From contig CAWAFE010000035.1 of NCBI GenBank assembly GCA_963781215.1, positions 91,536 to 155,535 on the forward strand: a stretch of 64,000 nucleotides of DNA. The letters are read 5' to 3'. The notes below the pieces were generated by a model. That model ran no database searches. It saw nothing but the letters and a program-made list of their open reading frames with translations, and was not told the origin of the DNA. This DNA comes from an uncultured Alphaproteobacteria bacterium. Its GTDB lineage: Bacteria; Pseudomonadota; Alphaproteobacteria; ATCC43930; CGMCC-115725. The position numbers and the translations under genes were made by a program. Of this stretch, positions 40,748 through 49,505 are shown piece after piece. Every line of letters starts with the position of its first letter. Positions within the stretch are counted from its first letter, which is position 1.

Positions 40748-41458
40748 TTATCGCGATCGCCCGCCCGCCGCCACGGCCGAAGGTGCGGAGCCCGGCAGCG
40801 CAAAGCTGCCGAGCGTCGCGCGCAGGGTGGCGATGCCGGTGCGCTCGGTGGCGCTCGTCACATGGATCTCCGGATGCGCCGCCGCGTGCGTCGCGAGCTC
40901 GGCCGCCACCTCCTCGGCGATCCGGGCGATCTCGAGGGCGCCGAGCCGGTCCGCCTTGGTCAGCACCACCTGATAGGAGACGCCGGCCTCGTCGAGCATG
41001 CGCATCAGCAGGCGGTCAATGTCCTTCAGGCCGTGCCGCGAATCGATCAACAGGCAGACGCGGCGCAGCGCCGCGCGGGATCGCAGATATCGCCGCACCA
41101 GCCCGGTCCAGCTCTTGACCGCGGCCTTCGAGGCTTCGGCATAACCGTAGCCCGGCAGGTCGACCAGGGTCAGCATGCCGCCGAGGTCGAAGAAGTTGAT
41201 CTGCCGTGTCCGACCCGGCGTGTTCGAGGTCCGCGCCAGCATGCGGCGCCCGGTCAGGGCGTTGACAAGGCTCGACTTGCCGACATTGGAGCGGCCGGCG
41301 AAGGCGATCTCGGGCAGCCTCTCGGGCGGCAACCCCGTGGGCTCGGCAGCACCTGCGATGAACCGGGCCTCGCGGGCGAAGAGGCGCCGCCCCGCCTCGA
41401 CCAGCTCGGCCTCGATTTCCCGCGGCGGATGGAAATCGGCCGCTGAGGTTGCGGTCAA
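40748..41458 (-). CDS. engB: ribosome-biogenesis GTPase YihA/EngB
   Basis: [20 protein letters not shown]1 motif. An in-frame TTG at 41458 forms a TTGA overlap with the yidC stop; the ORF track allows a start up to 41518. Confidence 0.85.
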   Translation of the reverse strand: MTATSAADFHPPREIEAELVEAGRRLFAREARFIAGAAEPTGLPPERLPEIAFAGRSNVGKSSLVNALTGRRMLARTSNTPGRTRQINFFDLGGMLTLVDLPGYGYAEASKAAVKSWTGLVRRYLRSRAALRRVCLLIDSRHGLKDIDRLLMRMLDEAGVSYQVVLTKADRLGALEIARIAEEVAAELATHAAAHPEIHVTSATERTGIATLRATLGSFALPGSAPSAVAAGGRSR

Positions 41459-43173
41459 GCAGCGCCCTGCCGGCGCATGATCGCCCATTGCTGGCCGATG
41501 CTGAGCGTGTTGTTCCACGCCCAGTAGATGACGAGCCCCGCCGGGAAGGCCGACAGCATGTAGGTGAAGACGATCGGCAGCAGCATGAACATGCGCGCCT
41601 GCACCGGGTCGACCGGCTGCGGGTTGAGCTTCTGCTGCAGGAACATCGTCAGGCCCATGATCAGCGGCCAGACGCCGATCATCAACAGCGCGGGCGGGGC
41701 GAACGGCAACAGGCCGAAGAGGTTGGCGAAGGAGGTTGGGTCCGGCGCCGAGAGATCGTGGATCCAGCCGTAGAATGGCGCGTGGCGCATCTCGATCGTG
41801 ACGAACAGCACCTTGTAGAGCGCGAAAAACACCGGGATCTGGATCACGATCGGCAAACAGCCGGCCAGCGGGTTCGCGCCGACACGCTTGTAGAGCGCCA
41901 TCATCTCCTGCTGCTGGCGGGCCTTGTCGTCGGGAAACCGCTCGCGCATTTTCTGGATCTCGGGCGACAACAGCTTCATCTTGCTCATCGCCTTGTAGGA
42001 TTTATTGGCAAGAGGAAAGAACAGCAGTTTGACGCACAAGGTCAGCAGCAGTATGGCCAGCCCGAAATTGCCGATATGTTGATAAAAGAACTGAAGAATG
42101 CGGAAAATCGGCTTGGTCAGAAACCAGAAATAGCCGAAATCGATCGAATATTCGAACAGCGGCACGCCGGCGGCGCTGTAGGCTTCGAGCAGGTTGAACT
42201 CCTTGGCGCCGGCGAAAAAACGCGACGAGGCCGCCGCCGTGCCGTTGGGGGCGATGGTCACTTCGGCGCCGCGGAAATCGGTTTGATAATGCTCGACCCC
42301 GCCGTCGAGCGAATGGGTGAAGCGCGCCTTGATCGCCTCGCTCGCCGAGGGGACCAGCGCCGTCAGCCAGTATTTGTCGGTAAAGCCGAGCCAGCCGCCA
42401 TTCGAATCGTAATCGATCGGCTTGTCGGGGCTCAGAGATGAATATTTGACCTCGCGCACCACGCCGTCGAGATAGCCGATCAGGCCTTCGAACAAGATGT
42501 AATACCCGGCGACATGCGGCGTGCCGGTGCGGCTGACGAGCCCATAGGGAAACAGCGTGACCGGGACGCCGCCGGTGTTGCGGACCTCGTCATGCACGGT
42601 GAACATGTAGTTCTTGTCGACGCTGACCGTGCGGGTGAAGACGAGCCCCTCGCCATTGTCCCAGGTCAAGATCACCGGGCTCGTCGGGGTCAGCGGGCCG
42701 CCCGACGCGGTCCAATGGGTTTCGGGCCCTGGCACCTTGACCCCCGGTGTGGCGGCGACCCAACCGAATTCGGCCAGATACGGGCTCTCGGTGCCGGGCG
42801 GCGACAGCAGCACCACCTCAGGGCTCTTCGGGTCGACAGTCTCGTGGTAGTTGGCGAGCGTCAAATCGTCGAACCGCGCACCAATCAGCGAGATCGAGCC
42901 GTGCAGGCGGGGCGTGTCGATCCTGACGCGCGGCTGCTCGGCCATCGCCTCTGCGCGCGATTCCGGCGCGTGCGCCGCCGGTGCGGCACCGGGTGCGGCG
43001 GCGGTCCCCGGGGCCGGCGGGGCCAAATGCGTCGAGGGGGTCGCGGGCGCCGTCGTCGATGTCCCGACGGGCGGCGCCGGCGGCGTCGGATGCAGGCGCT
43101 CGAAGACGAACTGAAAGCCGATTAGGATGACGACCGAGAGCACGATCGCGAGCAGAAGGTTGCGCTGTTCCAT
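41455..43173 (-). CDS. yidC: membrane protein insertase YidC
   Basis: MEQRNLLLAIVLSVVILIGFQF start (36th codon of the ORF). Conserved C-terminal GCLPIVIQIPVFFALYKVL region. Confidence 0.9.
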   Translation of the reverse strand: MEQRNLLLAIVLSVVILIGFQFVFERLHPTPPAPPVGTSTTAPATPSTHLAPPAPGTAAAPGAAPAAHAPESRAEAMAEQPRVRIDTPRLHGSISLIGARFDDLTLANYHETVDPKSPEVVLLSPPGTESPYLAEFGWVAATPGVKVPGPETHWTASGGPLTPTSPVILTWDNGEGLVFTRTVSVDKNYMFTVHDEVRNTGGVPVTLFPYGLVSRTGTPHVAGYYILFEGLIGYLDGVVREVKYSSLSPDKPIDYDSNGGWLGFTDKYWLTALVPSASEAIKARFTHSLDGGVEHYQTDFRGAEVTIAPNGTAAASSRFFAGAKEFNLLEAYSAAGVPLFEYSIDFGYFWFLTKPIFRILQFFYQHIGNFGLAILLLTLCVKLLFFPLANKSYKAMSKMKLLSPEIQKMRERFPDDKARQQQEMMALYKRVGANPLAGCLPIVIQIPVFFALYKVLFVTIEMRHAPFYGWIHDLSAPDPTSFANLFGLLPFAPPALLMIGVWPLIMGLTMFLQQKLNPQPVDPVQARMFMLLPIVFTYMLSAFPAGLVIYWAWNNTLSIGQQWAIMRRQGAA

Positions 43174-43214
43174 CTCGTTCGTGGCTCGCTGGCGTCGGTC
43201 GGGCCGGCTCGGCG

Positions 43215-43472
43215 TCAGCGGTCGCAGGTCTTGGGCGAGGGAACCGGATCGTAGCCGCTGCCGCCCCAGGGGTGGCACCGGCCGAGCCGACGCAGCGCAA
43301 GACCAAAACCTTGCAGCGCGCCGTGTCGCTCGATCGCCTCGATCGCATAATCCGAGCAGGTCGGCAAAAACCGGCAGGACGGCAGCAGCAGCGGCGACAC
43401 CAAGAGCTGATAGGCGCGCACCCCGGCCTGCAACGCCAGGCTCAGCGGGCTCCTTTGGCTATGGAGATGCAT
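43215..43472 (-). CDS. yidD: membrane protein insertion efficiency factor YidD
   Basis: [27 protein letters not shown]...[13 protein letters not shown]. Confidence 0.8.
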   Translation of the reverse strand: MHLHSQRSPLSLALQAGVRAYQLLVSPLLLPSCRFLPTCSDYAIEAIERHGALQGFGLALRRLGRCHPWGGSGYDPVPSPKTCDR

Positions 43473-43863
43473 CTCTCTTCTCCTCGGCGAGGTCGGGGCG
43501 CCGGCCCTCGGCCTTCCTGTCGACCCGGCGCACCGCCGCCTCCAGATCGGCGAGAAGCGCCGCAAAAGCCCGCTCGGCAGTGCCCGAGCGAGCAATCAGC
43601 ACATAATCGGTCCCGGGCCTTCCCGCGCACGGCAGGACGGCGGCGGCGACCGCCCGCAACCGCCGCTTCGCCCGGTTGCGCGTCACGGCATTGCCGACCT
43701 TGCGGCTGGCGGTGAACCCGACGCGAATGTCAGAGCCGACGTCAGACCCTTTCGGTCGAAGTGCCGCTTGCACCACCACCCCCGGCGCCGCGGCGCTGCG
43801 GCGTACGGCGGCTACACGCAGAAAATCGGCTCGGATCTTCAGGGTTGCAAGCCCGCCGCCCAT
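43459..43863 (-). CDS. rnpA: ribonuclease P protein component
   Basis: [22 protein letters not shown] motif; position between rpmH and yidD. Confidence 0.8.
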   Translation of the reverse strand: MGGGLATLKIRADFLRVAAVRRSAAAPGVVVQAALRPKGSDVGSDIRVGFTASRKVGNAVTRNRAKRRLRAVAAAVLPCAGRPGTDYVLIARSGTAERAFAALLADLEAAVRRVDRKAEGRRPDLAEEKRDASP

Positions 43864-43895
43864 GGGGTCCGGGCCGGGCCGGCGTAATTCGCGGC

Positions 43896-44030
43896 TCAGG
43901 CGGACAGGCGCTTGCGGCCTTTTGCTCGCCGCGACGCCAACACCCGGCGCCCGGCCACAGTCGCCATTCGCGCCCGGAAGCCATGGCGGCGCTTGCGGAC
44001 GAGGTTGCTGGGCTGGTAAGTGCGCTTCAC
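43896..44030 (-). CDS. rpmH: 50S ribosomal protein L34
   Basis: GTG start giving (M)[43 protein letters not shown], 44 aa. Confidence 0.9.
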   Translation of the reverse strand: MKRTYQPSNLVRKRRHGFRARMATVAGRRVLASRRAKGRKRLSA

Positions 44031-44086
44031 GGCACCGGCTCCGATTGCGGTCTCTGTCTGGGAGAGGCGGCTATATAAGGGAGCCA

Positions 44087-45094
44087 ATGCGGCAAGTCAA
44101 CGCGACCCGGTTCGGGTGGGCCGCGGCGTTTGGGAGATTCGTGTGGGGGCTGATCTTGGATAACGCGACGGTCGAGGCTGCCGACCGCGCATCGCGGATC
44201 TGGTCATTCTCCGAATCGGGGCCCATCATCGCCGGCAGCGCCGCGCACAAGACGGCTTTCTGCCGCATGCTGCTCGACACCCACAACCCCTACAGGCCGT
44301 CGGTCATCGACTGGCCAGCCCTGGATCCCGAGGCGCGCGAGCGACTCGTCGGGCTGCCGATCTGGGACATCGCCGTCCAGACCGAGGGTAAGGCGCGGCT
44401 GCGGGTGCTCAGCTACGCCGAGGAGATCAAGGACCCGCTGCTGCGGCAGGCAATCGAACTCGACGGCTTCGAGGAGGGGCGGCACAAGGAGGTTCTGTCC
44501 AACCTCGTGCGCGCCTACGGCATCCGCCTCGCGCCGGAGCCCGACTATATCCGGCCCCGCGACCCGGAATGGGCCTTCATGGTCACCGGCTTCAGCGAAT
44601 GCATCGACAGCTTCTTTGCCTTCGGCCTGTTCGCAATGGCCAGGCAATCGGGGTTTTTCCCGGCGGAGCTGGTTGATACCTTCGAGCCGGTGATGCAGGA
44701 GGAGGGCCGCCACATCCTGTTCTTTGTCAATTGGGTGGCCTGGCACCGCCGCCGATTGCCGCCGTGGCGCCGGCTCGGCTTCCGCGCCAAGATCCTGGCG
44801 GTTTGGGCGTTTCTCGTCTGGGAGCGGATCGGCATCGCCAGAGGCCTCGACACCAGCGGCGAGGCTGGGCCGGCGACGTCGCCGCAGGACAACAACTTCA
44901 CCTTGACGGGCGGCAAATCGCTCGGCGCAGCCGACCTCTCGGCCGCGGCGCTGATCGACGTCTGTCTCGCCGAGAACGACCGGCGCCTCGAAGGCTACGA
45001 CCCGCGTCTGCTCCGGCCGAGGACGGTACCGCGCCTGATGCGCCTCGCGCGCCGCTTCATGCGGCGGCCGAGCCTGGCCACAGTAGCGTCATGA
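44087..45094 (+). CDS. ferritin-like diiron-carboxylate protein, paralogue 1 (start uncertain)
   Basis: Two E...EExRH motifs ([10 protein letters not shown] and [14 protein letters not shown]). Aligns along its length with the next gene. Confidence 0.65.
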   Translation: MRQVNATRFGWAAAFGRFVWGLILDNATVEAADRASRIWSFSESGPIIAGSAAHKTAFCRMLLDTHNPYRPSVIDWPALDPEARERLVGLPIWDIAVQTEGKARLRVLSYAEEIKDPLLRQAIELDGFEEGRHKEVLSNLVRAYGIRLAPEPDYIRPRDPEWAFMVTGFSECIDSFFAFGLFAMARQSGFFPAELVDTFEPVMQEEGRHILFFVNWVAWHRRRLPPWRRLGFRAKILAVWAFLVWERIGIARGLDTSGEAGPATSPQDNNFTLTGGKSLGAADLSAAALIDVCLAENDRRLEGYDPRLLRPRTVPRLMRLARRFMRRPSLATVAS

Positions 45095-45930
45095 GGGTCG
45101 GATCGGACGAGCACAAGCGGGCTTTCTGCCGCGGCTTTATCGCGAGCCACGACCCCTACGATCCGAGAAATTTGCCCTGGCCCGATCTCGACGAGGCCGC
45201 GCTCGGACGGTTGCGCGCGATCCCGTTCTGGCCGGAGGTGCTCCACACCGAGCGGCGCGCGGGGGCGATCGTCGACGCCTATGCCGCGACGATCGCCGAT
45301 CCGCTGGTGCGCGAGGCGATCACTCTTCAGGCCTTTGAAGAGGCGCGGCACGCCGAGCTGTTGCGGCTGATGATCCGGCGTTACGGGGTCGCCGCCGAGG
45401 AGCGGCCGCTCGAACCCCTGAGCCCGGACCTGCGCCGCGCCTTCGCCGATTTCGGCTATGGCGAGTGCCTCGATTCGTTCCTCGGCTTTGGCGTCTTCGA
45501 GATCGCGCGCCGGTCCGGCTTCCTGCCGGAGGCGATGTTCGCGATCTTTGATACGCTGATCCACGAGGAGACCCGCCATATTGTCTTTTTCATCAACTGG
45601 ATGGCGTGGCACCAATCGACCCGCGGCGGGGTCGCCCGATGGCTGCGCGGCGCCACTGCCGCCGGATATTATTCGCGGGCGATCGGCCGCCTGCTCGGCA
45701 CCGTGCGGCGCGGCCGCGCGGCGAACGACGGCATGGATTTCTCGGCGACGCAGGCGAGCGTCTTTCTCGACGGCTTCACATTTCGCCGATTGGTCGAAAC
45801 CTGCTGCGCCGAGCACGCGCGGCGGATGGCGGGCTTCGACCCGGCTCTGCTGCAGCCGCTCTTCCTGCCGCGGCTGGCTGGCATGGCGCTCGCCGCCTTG
45901 CGCCTTTGCACCCCCGCCCGCCCGGCCTGA
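45091..45930 (+). CDS. ferritin-like diiron-carboxylate protein, paralogue 2
   Basis: ATGA overlap with paralogue 1. FEEARHAELL and IHEETRHIVFFINW motifs. Confidence 0.7.
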   Translation: MRVGSDEHKRAFCRGFIASHDPYDPRNLPWPDLDEAALGRLRAIPFWPEVLHTERRAGAIVDAYAATIADPLVREAITLQAFEEARHAELLRLMIRRYGVAAEERPLEPLSPDLRRAFADFGYGECLDSFLGFGVFEIARRSGFLPEAMFAIFDTLIHEETRHIVFFINWMAWHQSTRGGVARWLRGATAAGYYSRAIGRLLGTVRRGRAANDGMDFSATQASVFLDGFTFRRLVETCCAEHARRMAGFDPALLQPLFLPRLAGMALAALRLCTPARPA

Positions 45931-45941
45931 GGCGGTCCGCT

Positions 45942-47060
45942 ATGAGGTGGCTGCCGATCGTCGCGGCTACGATCGGACTGACGCTGACGGCGGCGCTGGT
46001 TGTGCATTACGGCGCCGGTCCGGTGGCCCGCTCGCTCTTCGCCATCGGCTGGGCCGGCTTCGCCGCGGTCTGCGCGATCCATTTGTTGTTGATCGCGGTC
46101 ATGGGGATCGCTTGGTGGATGCTGCTGCCGGGAACGCCGGCTTGGAGCGCCATCTGGGGGCGCCTCGTCCGCGAGGCCGGCTCCGAAGTTTTGCCGCTCT
46201 CGCAGGTTGGCGGCTATGTATTGGGGGCGCGGGCGATCAGCCTGACCGGCGTCTCGGGAATTGCCGCGACCGCCAGCACGATCATCGACGTCACCCTCGA
46301 ATTTCTGGCCCAGCTCGCTTACACCGGCCTGGCGCTCGCCTGGCTCGTCTATCTGGGGCCGCAGGCGCCGATCGCGGTACCCGTCGCGATCGGGCTCGTC
46401 GTGGCCTGCCTGCTCGCGGCGGGCTTCATCGTCGTGCAATGGCGCGGCTTCGACCTGCTCGATCGTCTGGCGCGCCGGCTCGGCCGCGGCTGGACCGAGC
46501 GGACGGCCGCCGGGGCGGCGGCACTCCATGCCGCGGTTGCCGGCATCTACCGGCGGCCCGCGGGGCTGTGGCTGAGCTTTGTGCTGCACCTTGCCTGCTG
46601 GGTGGCGAGCACCGCCGAAGCTTGGCTGGCGCTGCGGCTCGCCGGCGCCCCACTCGGGTTTGGCGCAGTGCTGGTCATCGAAAGCCTGCTCTACGCCGTG
46701 CGCAGCATCGCCTTTGCCGTCCCCAACGCGGTCGGCGTGCAGGAGGGCGCCTACATTCTGCTTGGCGCCGGCTTTGGCCTGACACCGGAGATGGCGCTGG
46801 CGCTCTCGCTGCTGAAGCGGGCGCGCGACCTTACGATCGGCCTGCCCGTGCTAGGCGCCTGGCAACTCGCCGAAAGCGGCCGCCTGCAGCGCCGGTTCGC
46901 CGCCGCCCGCCGAAAAGACAAAACCCCGGCCGAGATGGCCGGGGCTTTGCTCCTGCCCGCCGAACGCGAGGGCAGGCACCATGCATCGTTCGAGGAGAGC
47001 ATCGAGGAGGAGAAAACGATGCAACCCAATACTGCGGCAATTTCCATAAAGTTGCAATAG
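45942..47060 (+). CDS. LPG_synthase_TM / UPF0104 flippase-like membrane protein (HpnL-like)
   Basis: MRWLPIVAATIGLTLTAALVVHYG...; 8 or so TM helices. Conserved LVREAGSEVLPLSQVGGYVLGARA loop typical of this family. 11-nt gap after paralogue 2. Confidence 0.7.
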   Translation: MRWLPIVAATIGLTLTAALVVHYGAGPVARSLFAIGWAGFAAVCAIHLLLIAVMGIAWWMLLPGTPAWSAIWGRLVREAGSEVLPLSQVGGYVLGARAISLTGVSGIAATASTIIDVTLEFLAQLAYTGLALAWLVYLGPQAPIAVPVAIGLVVACLLAAGFIVVQWRGFDLLDRLARRLGRGWTERTAAGAAALHAAVAGIYRRPAGLWLSFVLHLACWVASTAEAWLALRLAGAPLGFGAVLVIESLLYAVRSIAFAVPNAVGVQEGAYILLGAGFGLTPEMALALSLLKRARDLTIGLPVLGAWQLAESGRLQRRFAAARRKDKTPAEMAGALLLPAEREGRHHASFEESIEEEKTMQPNTAAISIKLQ

Positions 47061-47239
47061 ATATCCGAAGAGTTAACCACGATTTCGGGATGCCCGGTTA
47101 CGGCCACCTTGGGCCGATGACGGCCGACGCCGTCGTCGAAGATACTCAGCGGCGATGCGGAGGGCCTGCGGTTCCGAGGATTGGATGTTTTGCGTATTGC
47201 TATGATCTTGAAGGCTTGCAGCGCCACTGCCGCCGACCC

Positions 47240-47300
47240 GCGGTTTCACAGGCCTGCGGTTTCACAGGCCTGCGGTTTCACAGGCCCGTGGTTTCACAGG
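47240..47300. repeat. four tandem copies of a 16-bp unit GCGGTTTCACAGGCCT
   Basis: Read directly: units start at 47240, 47256, 47272 and 47288 (the last two carry 1-2 substitutions). Intergenic, 69 nt upstream of the TVP38 gene start. Confidence 0.95.
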
Positions 47301-47368
47301 AAGGTGACTGCCACCAGGCCGGCGAGCCGTTAGCATTGCCGTTTGTTTTGGCTGACCTCCGAACCGCG

Positions 47369-48085
47369 ATGCCCGACGACAACCTTGCGCGGCACGGCAT
47401 TTCCCTCAGGCGCTTGTTGCCGCTTGTGCTGCTCGCTGGTGCCGGGGTGGCGTTCGTCCTGTTCGGCGGCAGCCGTTATCTGACTTTTGCCGCGCTCGCC
47501 GAAAATCGCGAGTGGCTGTGCGGTCTCGCCGCCCGTTCTGGCATTCTCGCCGGCTTCCTCTACATCGCCGCCTATGCCGTGCTCGTGGCGCTGTCGGTTC
47601 CGGGCGGCGTCGTGCTGACGATCGCCGGCGGTTTCCTCTTCGGGACATGGCTCGGCGCGCTGTGCGCCGTGATCGGCGCGACCTTGGGCGCGATCGGGAT
47701 CTTCCTCGCCGCCCGCGCCGGCCTCGGCGGCCTCGCCCGCCGTGCCGGGCCTTTCATCGGCCGGCTCGAAGCCGGGTTTCGTGCCGATGCCTTCAACTAC
47801 CTTCTGGTCCTCAGGCTGGTGCCGATCTTCCCGTTCTGGTTGGTCAATCTCGTCCCGGCCTTGGTCGGCGTCGGACTGCGGACCTATGTGCTCGCTACCT
47901 TTCTCGGCATCATCCCCGGCGCTTTCGTTTACGCCAGCCTCGGCAATGGACTCGGCAGCGTCGTCGAGCAGCCCGATCTCGGCATCGTGTTCCGGCCGAG
48001 CGTGCTGATGCCGATCGTCGGGCTCGCCGTTCTCGCCCTAGTCCCGGTCTTGTATAAGCGCTGGCGGCGCAGACGTCGCGGATGA
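47369..48085 (+). CDS. TVP38/TMEM64 (DedA-related, SNARE-associated) membrane protein
   Basis: The last 239 codons of ORF 45581-48085. VPGGVVLTIAGGFLFG and LRLVPIFPFWLVN motifs. Confidence 0.8.
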   Translation: MPDDNLARHGISLRRLLPLVLLAGAGVAFVLFGGSRYLTFAALAENREWLCGLAARSGILAGFLYIAAYAVLVALSVPGGVVLTIAGGFLFGTWLGALCAVIGATLGAIGIFLAARAGLGGLARRAGPFIGRLEAGFRADAFNYLLVLRLVPIFPFWLVNLVPALVGVGLRTYVLATFLGIIPGAFVYASLGNGLGSVVEQPDLGIVFRPSVLMPIVGLAVLALVPVLYKRWRRRRRG

Positions 48086-49497
48086 CCCGCCACCTCGCCC
48101 CCGATCTTTGCGTCATCGGCGCGGGCTCCGCCGGATTGTCGGTCGCCTCCGGCGCGGCACAGATGGGCGCGGAGGTCGTGCTGGTCGAGCGCGGCGAGAT
48201 GGGCGGCGATTGCCTCAATTATGGCTGCGTTCCGTCGAAATCGCTGATTGCGATTACCAGGGCGGCGGATTTTTGGCGACGGAGCGCGGCGTTCGGCATC
48301 GTCTATCAGCGGCCGCGGATCGATCTTGGCTCGATCGCCGACAAGATTGCCGAAATCGTTGGGAATATTGCGCCCAATGATTCTGTCGAACGGTTCGAGG
48401 GGCTCGGCGTCACAGTGTTGCGAGCTGAAGCGCGTTTTGTCGATCCGCGGACCATCCGCGCCGGCGAGACTGAGATCCGGCCGCGACGGTTCGTGATCGC
48501 CAGCGGCTCGCATCCCTTTGTGCCGCCGATTACCGGCCTCGACCGGGTGCCGTATTTGACCAACGAGACGATTTTTGCCAACCGTCGGCTGCCCGAGCAT
48601 CTGATCGTGATCGGCGGCGGCCCGATCGGCATCGAGATGGCGCAGGCATATGCCCGGCTCGGCGCTCGGGTTACCGTGCTCGACGCCGGTCCCGTCCTGC
48701 CGCGCGACGATCCCGAGCTCGCGGCACTACTGGCCGAGCGTCTCGCCGCCGAAGGGATCGCGGTCCATGCACCGGTTAGGATTGCCGGCGTCGAGCCCGA
48801 CGGCGGCGGTATTGCCGTCTGCCTCGATGGCGGGGAGCGGCTCGCCGGCTCGCATCTCCTGGTGGCCGCCGGGCGGCGCCCGAGCGTCGCGGCGCTCGAT
48901 CTGCCGGCCGCCGGCATCGCCGCAACCGCGACCGGGATCACCGTCGACGCGCGGTTGCGCACGACCAATCGCCGCGCCTTTGCCGCGGGCGATGTCGCGG
49001 GCGGGCCGCAATTCACCCACATCGCCCTCTACCATGCCGGGATCGTGATCAGAAATGCGCTCTTCCGCCTGCCGGCGAAAGTCGATTACCGCGCGCTTCC
49101 GTGGGTCACCTACACCGATCCCGAGCTTGCCCAGGTCGGGGCGACCGAAGCCGCGGCGCGGGCCGCAGAGGGTGACGTGCGGGTGCTCCGCTGGCCCTTC
49201 TCCGAGAACGACCGCGCCCAGACCGAGCGCGAGACCCAGGGTCTGGTCAAGATCGTCACCCGCCGCAACGGCCGCATCCTCGGCGCTTCGATCCTCGGCG
49301 CCGGCGCAGGCGACCTGATCCTGCCTTGGGCGCTGGCGGTTTCTCAAAGGCTCAAGATCGGGGCATTGGCCAATCTGATCGTGCCCTACCCGACGCGCGG
49401 CGAGGCCGGCAAGCGGGCGGCCGGCAGCTTCTATACGCCGGCGCTGTTCTCGCGCCGCATCCGCCGGGTTGTCCGTTTTCTGGCACGCTTCGGTTGA
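48082..49497 (+). CDS. FAD-dependent pyridine nucleotide-disulfide oxidoreductase (MerA/Lpd-like, no metal-binding N-domain)
   Basis: ATGA overlap with the TVP38 gene. DLCVIGAGSAGLSVA FAD motif; redox-active GGDCLNYGCVPSK. Confidence 0.85.
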   Translation: MTRHLAPDLCVIGAGSAGLSVASGAAQMGAEVVLVERGEMGGDCLNYGCVPSKSLIAITRAADFWRRSAAFGIVYQRPRIDLGSIADKIAEIVGNIAPNDSVERFEGLGVTVLRAEARFVDPRTIRAGETEIRPRRFVIASGSHPFVPPITGLDRVPYLTNETIFANRRLPEHLIVIGGGPIGIEMAQAYARLGARVTVLDAGPVLPRDDPELAALLAERLAAEGIAVHAPVRIAGVEPDGGGIAVCLDGGERLAGSHLLVAAGRRPSVAALDLPAAGIAATATGITVDARLRTTNRRAFAAGDVAGGPQFTHIALYHAGIVIRNALFRLPAKVDYRALPWVTYTDPELAQVGATEAAARAAEGDVRVLRWPFSENDRAQTERETQGLVKIVTRRNGRILGASILGAGAGDLILPWALAVSQRLKIGALANLIVPYPTRGEAGKRAAGSFYTPALFSRRIRRVVRFLARFG

Positions 49498-49505
49498 GGC
49501 GGTCG

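Noticed and set aside
39325-41118. 597-aa plus-strand ORF
   Set aside because: Antisense to three well-supported minus-strand genes (nucleotidase, argB, engB); a high-GC shadow ORF.
47240-47300. Possible CRISPR array
   Set aside because: The 16-bp units are directly contiguous with no spacers, are far shorter than CRISPR repeats, and no cas genes are nearby. I report it as a plain tandem repeat instead.
45581-47368. Upstream 596 codons of the 834-aa ORF 45581-48085
   Set aside because: This part overlaps, in another frame, the second diiron protein and the HpnL-like gene, and it crosses a clearly non-coding repeat region. Only the last 239 codons (TVP38 protein, from ATG 47369) look genuine.
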